Virus record (IMG/VR): IMGVR_UViG_3300030105_002953
Coordinates: 1 to 26,503 of that record
From: a virus
Lineage: Duplodnaviria > Caudoviricetes
DNA: 26,503 nucleotides
Reading direction: 5' to 3' (one strand)
A model generated the notes under the pieces. That model saw only the letters and a list, made by a program, of their open reading frames with translations, ran no database searches and had not been told where the DNA came from. The translations under genes were made by a program, and so were the position numbers. Positions 1 through 8,800 of this stretch are shown in pieces; position 1 is the stretch's first letter; every line of letters begins with the position of its first letter.

Positions 1-1050
1 ATAAAATTTTGTAAACAACAAGAATTAAAAAAAGCTATTAGAAAAGTAGAAACCATATTAGAAAAAGGTGACTTTGAGAGTTACGATTTGTGTGAAGAGT
101 ATATAAGAGAAGCTATTAGTATTGGTGAGGGTGATGAAGGAACGGTGGAGGTATTCCACAATTTAGAAGATGTTTTAAAAGAAGACTACAGACACCCAAT
201 CCCTACTGGCATAGACGGTATCGACAATTTATTAAATGGTGGTCTAGCAAAGGGTGAGTTAGGTGTTATTCTAGCACCTACTGGGGTTGGTAAAACTACT
301 ATACTAACAAGATTCGCTAATACAGCTTTTAATATGGGATATAACGTTCTACAAATATTTTTTGAAGATAACCCTAAAATAATACAAAGAAAGCATTTTA
401 CTTGTTGGACGGGGATAGAACCTCAAAAACTAAGTGAAAATAAAGAAATAGTACTTTCTAAGGCTGATGAGATGAAAAAAAATGGTGGTAAGTTAATATT
501 GAAAAAATTGGCTTCGGATGAGTTTACTATCGCTCAAATTAAAAACCAAATCAGAAAAATAACAGCGGAAGGTATTACTTTAGATATTGTGGTTCTAGAC
601 TATATAGATTGTGTCATACCAGATAGGAGTTATAATGATGAATGGAAAGGTGAAGGTTCTGTTATGAGGAAATTTGAAGGTATGTGTCATGAATTAAATT
701 TAGTTGGTTGGACCGCAGCACAAGGTAATAGGTCGTCAATCTCCTCTGAAGTGGTAACAACAGACCAAATGGGTGGGTCAATTAAAAAAGCTCAAGTAGG
801 ACATGTCATAATTTCAGTGGCAAAAACACTACAACAAAAAGAATTAGGGTTAGCTACAATTGCTATTACCAAATCTAGACTGGGTCAGGACGGTATTATA
901 TTTGAAAACTGTACATTTAATAACGCTACCCTAGAAATAGACACCCAATCAACACAAACCTTCTTAGGTTTCGAAGAAGACAAAACACAAAGAAACCGAA
1001 AAAGAGTAATGGATGCTCTGGAAAGAAGAGAAAAAGTATTAAATAAATAA
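1..1050 (+). CDS. dnaB: Replicative DNA helicase, DnaB/T4 gp41-like (SF4), 5'-truncated by the window
   Basis: Frame is open from base 1 (IKFCKQQELKKAIRK...), so TTG at 88 is not the real start. Motifs: IPTGIDGIDNLLNGGLAKGEL, Walker A APTGVGKT, Walker B IVVLDYID, WTAAQGNR, KSRLG arginine-finger region. Confidence 0.92.
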   Translation: MKFCKQQELKKAIRKVETILEKGDFESYDLCEEYIREAISIGEGDEGTVEVFHNLEDVLKEDYRHPIPTGIDGIDNLLNGGLAKGELGVILAPTGVGKTTILTRFANTAFNMGYNVLQIFFEDNPKIIQRKHFTCWTGIEPQKLSENKEIVLSKADEMKKNGGKLILKKLASDEFTIAQIKNQIRKITAEGITLDIVVLDYIDCVIPDRSYNDEWKGEGSVMRKFEGMCHELNLVGWTAAQGNRSSISSEVVTTDQMGGSIKKAQVGHVIISVAKTLQQKELGLATIAITKSRLGQDGIIFENCTFNNATLEIDTQSTQTFLGFEEDKTQRNRKRVMDALERREKVLNK

Positions 1051-1066
1051 AATAAAAATAAAAAAT

Positions 1067-2992
1067 ATGGAAATTTCAAACAAAATTTTATCGGACATAA
1101 CTGTTCATATGAAATATGCAAAATACACACCGGAGTTAGAAAGAAGAGAAACTTGGGATGAATTAGTTATACGAAACAAAGCCATGCATATAAAAAAATA
1201 CCCAGAACTAGAGGACGAAATACAAGAAAAATACAAACTAGTTCACGATAAGAAGGTACTACCATCAATGAGGTCAATGCAATTTGGAGGAAAACCAATT
1301 GAGATATCCCCAAATAGGATTTATAATTGTGCGTACCTACCATTAGACCATATAGACTCATTTAGTGAAACAATGTTTTTACTATTAGGGGGAACAGGTG
1401 TTGGGTACTCAGTACAAAAACACCATGTAGCTAAACTGCCTGTTATTTCACACCCGTACCCGAAACGAAAACGAAGATTTTTAATTGGTGACTCAATTGA
1501 AGGTTGGGCTGACGCGATTAAGGTATTGATGAAGTCATATATGAATGGTGGTGGGTCTAGAGTAGAATTTGATTTTACAGACATTAGAGCTAAAGGAGCG
1601 AGATTAGTAACATCAGGGGGAAAAGCACCAGGACCTCAACCACTTAAAGAATGCTTAGTTAAGATAGAAGGTATACTATTAGAAAAAGAAAATGGTGAAC
1701 AATTAACCACATTAGAGGTACATGATATTATCTGTTATATAGCTGATGCTGTATTAGCTGGTGGTATTAGAAGAGCAGCTTTAATTAGTTTATTTAGTGC
1801 TGATGACGATTCTATGATATCTTGTAAATCAGGTAACTGGTGGGAATTAAACCCACAAAGAGGTAGAGCAAACAACTCAGCTTGTTTAATGCGACATAAA
1901 ATTACAAAAGAATTCTTTTTAGATTTATGGAAAAGAGTAGAACTATCTGGAGCAGGAGAACCTGGAATATACCTTAACAACGATAAAGACTGGGGAACTA
2001 ATCCTTGTTGCGAGATAGCACTTCGCCCATATCAGTTCTGTAATCTGTGTGAAGTTAACGTTTCAAATATCGAATCACAAGAAGACTTAAATGAACGGGT
2101 AAAAGTCGCAGCATTTATTGGTACACTCCAAGCAGGATATACAGCATTTCATTATTTAAGAGAAGTTTGGCAAGAGACCACAGAGAAAGATGCTTTAATT
2201 GGGGTGTCAATGACGGGGATTGGTTCTGGTAAAGTTTTTGATTATGATATGAAAAAAGCTGCTAGCCTAGTTAAAAGAGAAAATACTAGAGTTTCTAAAT
2301 TACTAGGTATTAACCAAGCAGCTAGAACAACAACTGTTAAACCAGCAGGAACAACTTCTTTAACATTAGGAACATCATCAGGAATACATGCATGGCATAA
2401 TGATTATTATGTTAGAAGGGTTAGGGTTGGTAAAAATGAGTCAATTTATGTTTATCTAAATATTAACCACCCAGAATTACTAGAGGACGATTACTTTAGA
2501 CCTCATGATACAGCTGTGATTAGTATACCACAAAAAGCACCTTCAGGTTCAATACTAAGGACCGAATCACCTTTTGACCTATTAGAAAGAGTTAAGAAGG
2601 TTGCTACAGAATGGGTACGTTCCGGACATAGAAAAGGGTCTAATAGTCACAATGTTTCAGCGACAATAAGTTTGAAAGATAATGAATGGGATGCGGCTGG
2701 TGAATGGATGTGGGAAAATAGAAATTACTATAATGGACTATCTGTGTTACCGTATGATGGAGGTTCGTACATCCAAGCTCCTTTTGAGGATATTACGAGG
2801 GAACGATATGACTCATTGATGAAACTATTAACAGACATTGATTTAACTAAAGTTATAGAATTAGACGATAATACTGATTTATCTGGGGAATTAGCTTGTT
2901 CTGGGGGTAGTTGTGAGATTGATGTCGACTTAAAATCTTTAAAAGAAACCGAAAAAGAAATTCAGTTAAGTGAAACACAAATCACAACATAA
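1067..2992 (+). CDS. nrdJ: Class II (adenosylcobalamin-dependent) ribonucleoside-triphosphate reductase, monomeric RTPR type
   Basis: RRETW, PSMRSMQFGG, first redox Cys in YNCAY, LLGGTGVGYSV, thiyl-radical motif TNPCCEI (NPCCEI at 2000-2017), FCNLCEVN, TTVKPAGTTS, C-terminal shuttle pair CSGGSC. No ATP-cone is apparent and no adjacent nrdB. Confidence 0.93.
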   Translation: MEISNKILSDITVHMKYAKYTPELERRETWDELVIRNKAMHIKKYPELEDEIQEKYKLVHDKKVLPSMRSMQFGGKPIEISPNRIYNCAYLPLDHIDSFSETMFLLLGGTGVGYSVQKHHVAKLPVISHPYPKRKRRFLIGDSIEGWADAIKVLMKSYMNGGGSRVEFDFTDIRAKGARLVTSGGKAPGPQPLKECLVKIEGILLEKENGEQLTTLEVHDIICYIADAVLAGGIRRAALISLFSADDDSMISCKSGNWWELNPQRGRANNSACLMRHKITKEFFLDLWKRVELSGAGEPGIYLNNDKDWGTNPCCEIALRPYQFCNLCEVNVSNIESQEDLNERVKVAAFIGTLQAGYTAFHYLREVWQETTEKDALIGVSMTGIGSGKVFDYDMKKAASLVKRENTRVSKLLGINQAARTTTVKPAGTTSLTLGTSSGIHAWHNDYYVRRVRVGKNESIYVYLNINHPELLEDDYFRPHDTAVISIPQKAPSGSILRTESPFDLLERVKKVATEWVRSGHRKGSNSHNVSATISLKDNEWDAAGEWMWENRNYYNGLSVLPYDGGSYIQAPFEDITRERYDSLMKLLTDIDLTKVIELDDNTDLSGELACSGGSCEIDVDLKSLKETEKEIQLSETQITT

Positions 2993-3185
2993 AGAACCCA
3001 CCACACCAAAAACCAAAGATGTTTATTGGGAAAATGGGAAAATGGTTTTAACAGAAGAACACCACATAAAAAGAGGTAGTTGTTGTGGGAATGGGTGTAA
3101 ACATTGTCCTTTTTGGCCACCACACCTTAAGTTAAATAAAGAACTTAGAGGTAATATTTATAATAATAATGAAAGACCTAATTAA
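2970..3185 (+). CDS. DUF5522-like small Cys/His-rich putative metal-binding protein
   Basis: YWENGKMVLTEEHHIKRGSCCGNGCKHCPF fits the DUF5522 pattern (Y..NG..V.TE..H..RG.CCG.GC.HCP[FY]). GTG start overlaps the nrdJ end by 23 nt. Exact start is uncertain. Confidence 0.8.
   Translation: MKHKSQHKEPTTPKTKDVYWENGKMVLTEEHHIKRGSCCGNGCKHCPFWPPHLKLNKELRGNIYNNNERPN
3155..3162 (+). promoter_or_regulatory. Candidate phage late promoter TATTTATA
   Basis: Begins 14 nt before ATG 3169. The same TATTTAT core recurs before ATG 3403 and ATG 5838. Confidence 0.5.
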
Positions 3186-3378
3186 AAAAGTATTAAGAGA
3201 AGAGTCGTATTGGCAACCCGAAGACGATAGGAAATGGGAATTGTTGGATAAAGATGTGAAATATGTTGTTGAAAGACTTATTGAACGTCATAAATCTAAT
3301 TGGGGGGGAGACCAATACGCGGTAATATCAGCCATAGAGGAAATTATAAATGGTATGTTTCAAAGGGTCGGAAGATAA
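3169..3378 (+). CDS. Small hypothetical protein (69 aa), possible capsid-internal protein
   Basis: Fills the gap between flanking genes with an A-rich start context and upstream TATTTATA. N-terminus is MKDLIKKVLREE, and the rest looks helical and charged. Confidence 0.7.
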   Translation: MKDLIKKVLREESYWQPEDDRKWELLDKDVKYVVERLIERHKSNWGGDQYAVISAIEEIINGMFQRVGR

Positions 3379-3390
3379 TTTAAATTATAG

Positions 3391-3397
3391 TATTTAT
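3391..3397 (+). promoter_or_regulatory. Candidate phage late promoter TATTTAT
   Basis: Lies in the 24-nt intergenic gap, beginning 12 nt before the gp25-like ATG. Confidence 0.5.
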
Positions 3398-3402
3398 TTA
3401 AT

Positions 3403-3909
3403 ATGACAATAGCTAGAGAAAGATATGGTATAGCTTTTCCATTCCAAGACAGTGATAGTGGTTTTTTTTTAAAAACAACAACCACAGTCGCGGAAGAGAC
3501 TAAAGCTGATTTAGTACACCTTATATTAACAAGAAAGGGGTCTAGATATTTTTTACCAGATTTTGGTACAAGATTATATGAATATATTTTTGAACCATTA
3601 GATAGTACCACATTCCAGGCTATAGATTCTGAACTCAGAGACGTAATCCAAAAGTATATACCTAATATTATTGTTAATGAGATAAAATTACAAAACTTGG
3701 AAGACGCTAGAGAAGAAGAGAAAAAAAATAATTCATCCAACCACCCATCCCTAATGTCTAATGATAGTGATATCGACACAGACTTAGATGATAGGATATA
3801 TAGGGTAGCTGGTGATGGTACTGAGGAATATACTACTAAAATTTTTATAGATTATAGTATAAAAGATGATGTCTTCGGTACAAGAGATTTTATAATTATA
3901 AATTTATAA
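3403..3909 (+). CDS. Baseplate wedge / sheath initiator, GPW/gp25 family
   Basis: YGIAFPF...ADLVHLILTRKGSRYFLPDFGTRLYEYIFEP is the gp25/W signature (L.T..GER...P.FG..L...LFEP). It lies directly upstream of a baseplate J/gp6-like gene. Confidence 0.9.
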   Translation: MTIARERYGIAFPFQDSDSGFFLKTTTTVAEETKADLVHLILTRKGSRYFLPDFGTRLYEYIFEPLDSTTFQAIDSELRDVIQKYIPNIIVNEIKLQNLEDAREEEKKNNSSNHPSLMSNDSDIDTDLDDRIYRVAGDGTEEYTTKIFIDYSIKDDVFGTRDFIIINL

Positions 3910-3910
3910 T

Positions 3911-5764
3911 ATGGCAGAGAAAAAAATAGCTTACACAGAAAGAGATTTCTTAGGTTTAAGAAACGAGTTACTTAGATTAACAAATATATATTACCCAGAC
4001 TTAATTAAAAATTCTAACGACGCTTCTATATTTTCAGTGTTTTTAGATTTAAACGCCGCGGTAGCTGATAATTTACATTTTAGTATTGATAGGTCATTAC
4101 AAGAAACTGTTTTAGATTACGCACAAGAAAGAAGTTCTATTTTTAATATAGCTAGAACATACGGACTTAAAATACCGGGAAATAGACCATCATTAACACT
4201 TTGTGACTTCTCAATAGTAGTACCAGCAAGAGGGGATAAAGAAGATAGTCGATATTTAGGGTTTTTAAGACGAGGTGCTCAAGTAAGAGGGGGTGGTCAG
4301 ATATTTGAATTAGTTAACGACTGTGACTTCTCAACACAATATAACGTAGAAGGAGCTGTTAACAGAACAAAAGTACCAAACTATAACGCTAATGGTATAA
4401 TTCAAAATTACACTATCACTAAAAGAGAGGTGGTTGTAAATGGGGTGACTAAAGTTTTTAAAAAGGAAATTACTGATATGGACAGTAAACCATTTTTAAA
4501 ATTATTTTTACCAGAAAGAAATGTGTTAGGTGTCACTTCAATTATACAAAAAGAAGGGTTGGGGTATACTAACTTACCATCTGGGTTAGAGTTTATTACT
4601 GCTAGAGAAAATAAATGGTATGAAATGCAAGCTTTAGCAGAATCAGAAATATTTGAGATAGACCCAGCAACCCCAGCGGATGAACCAGGTTTAAAAATTG
4701 GTAAATATATAAGAACGGATAATAAGTTTATAACAGAATTTACACCTGAAGGGTTCTTTTTTCTAACTTTTGGTAGTGGGAATAATAATTCACAGAGTCT
4801 ATTAGACGAATTTTCCAAATACGGAGTAAAACTAAATTTAAACAAGTTTATTAATAACATATCTTTGGGTATAATCCCTAAAGCAAATAGTACTTTATTT
4901 ATACAATATAGAGTTGGTGGTGGTAAAGCTTCAAACCTAGGGGCTGGAGCGATAAATTCTTTAGGTCTTATAGATTTTGTTGTTTCGGGCCCAGTTTCAT
5001 TAATTAATAATGGTGTTTCTAATAGTTTACAAGTTACTAATGTAACGTCTGCTTTGGGTGGTGATGACCAAATGTCGACGGAAGAGGTTAGAAATTATGT
5101 TACTTTTAATTTCGCAGCACAGAATAGAGCTGTTACTATAAACGATTATATCGCTAGAATAAGAACTATGCCAGCCCATTTCGGTGCTGCCGCGAAAGTT
5201 GGTGTTACAGAAATAGAAAATAAAGTAAAAATTAGCTTACTATCCTACTCACCTGAAGGGGCACTAACGTCAAATGTTAGTTCCACTTTAAAAAATAACG
5301 TTTCTGAATATCTATCTAACTATAGGATGTTAAATGATTATATAGAAATTTCTTCAGCTAAAGTAATTGATTTGAGTTTAGACTTGGATGTGGTAATAAC
5401 CACAGATGTTAATCAAGGGCAGGTTGTTTCTAACATTATTGAGTCAACAAAAAACTTTTTCGATATAGATTCTCACGAATTAGGTGAGACAATTAGTCTT
5501 AGTAATTTATATGCTAAAATATCTGAACAACCTGGGGTACTAAACGTTATAGATATTAGAATTTATAATGAAGTTGGTGGGACATACTCTAATTCCATAA
5601 CATCACAACCAATAGTATCCGGTTCCACCATCAGCTCCACCTACCAAATAGGTGTGGTTGACCAAACACTATTTTTCCAACCAGACGAAATGCCACAAAT
5701 AAGATATCCAGACATTGATGTCCGGGTTAGGGTTAAACAAATTAATAGGCCAAACTTTTCATAA
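3911..5764 (+). CDS. Baseplate wedge protein, T4 gp6 / baseplate J-like
   Basis: N-terminal RDFLGLRNEL...ETVLDYAQERSSIFNIARTYG, LTFGSG, IQYRVGGGKASNLGA, ALGGDD...FAAQNRAVTINDY and C-terminal PGVLNV. Size (617 aa) and position fit gp6. Confidence 0.88.
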   Translation: MAEKKIAYTERDFLGLRNELLRLTNIYYPDLIKNSNDASIFSVFLDLNAAVADNLHFSIDRSLQETVLDYAQERSSIFNIARTYGLKIPGNRPSLTLCDFSIVVPARGDKEDSRYLGFLRRGAQVRGGGQIFELVNDCDFSTQYNVEGAVNRTKVPNYNANGIIQNYTITKREVVVNGVTKVFKKEITDMDSKPFLKLFLPERNVLGVTSIIQKEGLGYTNLPSGLEFITARENKWYEMQALAESEIFEIDPATPADEPGLKIGKYIRTDNKFITEFTPEGFFFLTFGSGNNNSQSLLDEFSKYGVKLNLNKFINNISLGIIPKANSTLFIQYRVGGGKASNLGAGAINSLGLIDFVVSGPVSLINNGVSNSLQVTNVTSALGGDDQMSTEEVRNYVTFNFAAQNRAVTINDYIARIRTMPAHFGAAAKVGVTEIENKVKISLLSYSPEGALTSNVSSTLKNNVSEYLSNYRMLNDYIEISSAKVIDLSLDLDVVITTDVNQGQVVSNIIESTKNFFDIDSHELGETISLSNLYAKISEQPGVLNVIDIRIYNEVGGTYSNSITSQPIVSGSTISSTYQIGVVDQTLFFQPDEMPQIRYPDIDVRVRVKQINRPNFS

Positions 5765-5767
5765 TTA

Positions 5768-5821
5768 TTTACATAATTTAATCCTAATACTATTCTTAGT
5801 TTTGCAATAACAACTATTTAT
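5768..5821 (+). promoter_or_regulatory. Promoter-rich intergenic region: TTTACA-N17-TATTCT, Bacteroidota-type -7 element TAGTTTTG, and TATTTAT
   Basis: Largest intergenic gap in the window (5765-5837). TTTACA 5768-5773, TATTCT 5791-5796, TAnnTTTG 5797-5804, TATTTAT 5815-5821. AT-richness makes chance matches possible. Confidence 0.4.
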
Positions 5822-5837
5822 GATATAAAGACACGCA

Positions 5838-8800
5838 ATGCTAAAAAGTTTAAGAGTTAGAACCGAGATAGGTGTAGATAAAGAGATTACTCTAGATTTG
5901 AATCAAGATTTTGATTTATTAGAGATTTTAAGTTTAAGGCTGCACCAGACAGATGTTTACCCAAAAGACTGTTCGGATTACGGTGTTGTGTGTGGTAGAG
6001 TTTTAGTTAATGGTGGTTTTGGGTTGCCTAACGCTAAAATATCTGTATTTGTACCATTAGATGATAAAGATGGTGAAAATCCGGTAATAAGTGCTTTATA
6101 CCCTTATAAAACACAAAACTATAGAAATGAGGAAGGATATAGGTATAACCTACTATCAAGTGTCCCCAACTATAAAGGACACCAACATACAGGTAGTTTC
6201 CCAGCGATAGACGACGCTCTACTTAACCAAGAAGTTTCATACGTATACGACAAATACTACAAGTATACCGCTAAAACAAACGATAGTGGTGACTTTATGA
6301 TTTATGGTGTACCTTTGGGGGAACATACTTTAGTTATGAATTTGGATTTATCAGATATCGGTTGTTTTTCTATGGTTCCAGAAGATTTTAAAATACAAGG
6401 TGAACCAGATTCTTCTTTTAATGGTGCAGAATTTAATACAGATTCAAATCTAGACGCTTTACCACAAATAGTTATGTTATCTAAATCCGTAGATATAAAA
6501 CCTTTATGGGGGGATGTAGAATCTGGGTGTGGGGCGACCATAACCAGAACAGATTTTGATTTAAGGGAGTCTGGTAGTGTTGAAATAAAACCTACAGCTG
6601 TATTTATGGGTTCGTTAGTTACAGACACAGAAAGGTCTTCAGTTAATAAAAACTGTAAACCAAAAAGAGACATGGGTGAACTATGTAATCTATCCCCAGC
6701 ACAAGGGAGTTTGGAGTCTATAAGGTACACACCATATTTTAAAGAGGATGTTAGACCTTCAGGTTATACAAACATGCCTAGTCAAACAGAACTAGTACCA
6801 GTATTAGAGCGATATGATATTAATGGTGGGTATACAATAGATGAAAACGGTGCGTTTTTAGTTAACGTACCTATGAATTTAGAGTTTGTAATAACAAATG
6901 AATTTGGTGAACAAGAAATATCTAAAAAACCAGGAGTAGGGATACCAACAAAAGGAAAGTATAGGTTTAGGATAAAACCACTAGAAACAACAGGTAGTGC
7001 AAGACAAAGAAAAAGAGGTGCTTTTTTAGTTCCACAAATTAAAGAACACGCAATATTTGGTGTAGATTTTGCTAATACTTTCCCATATAACATATTAGGT
7101 ATAACACCAGGACAAACTACCATTACTGACGAAAAAACTTATGCTTTTTCTGTTAATTATTATGATTATGCAGAAGCTGCGGTGGATAGTGGGGATATAT
7201 TATCTTGTAACGATGTTTTTTACGAATTTAATTACTCTAAAGTGTATACGTTGACATCATTTCACAATCACTGGAAACATAGGGCTAAAGATGGGTTTAT
7301 AGGTATAAAAGAGATATCCCCTAGACAAGAAGAAAGTTGTGCTGGACAAGCAGCACCATTCCCAATAAACTCAGCTAATAAAAATGTTAATTTCGCGATT
7401 GTTATGAATCAATTTGTTACAAGAATGTTACAAGGATTGTATACAATGTTATATTTTGTTATGGTTCTAGTATGTACCATAGTTGCTATTATTATGATTA
7501 TAGTTGATGTTATTTATGGTATAATAATGGTTATTATATGCGTTCTTTGCAATGTCATTTATGTCTGGAGTAGACGAAAAAGGAAAAGCAAATGTAATTG
7601 TGGAACTTGCCCATGTAAACAAATAGGTGGTTTGGGCATTTCCTGTAATGATATATTTGGTTGTTTATTTTTAAGATTAACAAAATACCCAGAATGTGAT
7701 AAATGTGGTTGTTTTAGTTCAGCAAAAAGTGGTTCAGCCAACCAAGATTGTTGTGGTGGTTTATCGGGTTGTGATGATGAAGGTAATGACGACAATGATT
7801 TTTTAGAATGTAACTCACCAACTAACACTGATAAAGCACTAAAATCTGGTTGTTATAGTATAGATTGGGATAATATTTTTAGTGCTATAAGTAGTATATT
7901 TAGTTCTGAGCCTACAAAAATTGCGATGATTATAGATTGGAGAAAAAGAGAAAACTTATTTAGGTCTATGTGTGATGGTTTAATGAATTATTTTTGGTCG
8001 AATAATTATGTCGGAGGGGTGTTATACGCTTTCCAATTCAGAGCTAAAATTAGACCTAGTCAGATAGAAGGTAAATATAGGTCACAACATTGTGAGGAAG
8101 TTGTGTTTTTCCACACAAAGGACCAACAATATTATTATAGGTGTACCCCCTATGAATATGATTACGCTACCGGTCTTGGGACATTTAGAGGTAGTACTTT
8201 CCTTGATGTTAGTAGACCCCCGTTAGTATCTTTTCTACTGGGAGGTCCAATAGGGTTATTAGCTAACGTGGCCAATGGTGCGGAAAAAGCCGCTGGAGCG
8301 AATACAAGAAATTTACATTGGCCAACAACAATAATGGATTTGGGACCTGTAAAAACTAACATAGGGGAAGTATGTACCAATGAGGGTGGTGCTAGTGAAA
8401 GTTGTTCTGTAGCACCAAGTATCGCAACGACTACATTTAACAGTGCTGGAGATTTTTTATTTGATTCTATAAATGAAATAGTAAATTTTAATTCTGGATT
8501 TTTTGATTCTATAAGTTTAAGAACACCATTTAAGAGAAATGAATCAGCATCTGAAGCTGGTAGAAGAAGAGAACTTAACGGAGGTATGGCCTCAATACTT
8601 TCACAATTTAATGAAATAGGTGTTGTGGAATATGAAACACCGGATACAGCAGAAGTAAAATATTTTGCTTCGCTCTGTAATGTACCAGATTGTAATCCAG
8701 CTACAACATACACAGCTGAAAATATGGGTTGGGATTATGCACCCGCGGGTGGGAACACACACCCTGGGGGTGGTGGAGCTACAATGTGGGACACTAGTTG

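Noticed and set aside
88-90. TTG start of the helicase given in the ORF track
   Set aside because: The frame is open to base 1 with helicase-like sequence, so the gene starts upstream of the window.
1040-1066. Ladder of A-runs (A3,A3,A4,A5,A6 separated by T) before nrdJ
   Set aside because: Best explained as an A-rich SD-less translation initiation region, similar to 15040-15058 and 26071-26082.
2960-2992. Programmed frameshift fusing NrdJ to the DUF5522-like protein
   Set aside because: An in-frame TAA (2967-2969) directly precedes the GTG, and no slippery sequence is present in the 23-nt overlap.
1-2992. Inteins or introns in the helicase or RNR
   Set aside because: Both have normal lengths with contiguous motifs, and no intein splice-junction or homing endonuclease signatures were seen.
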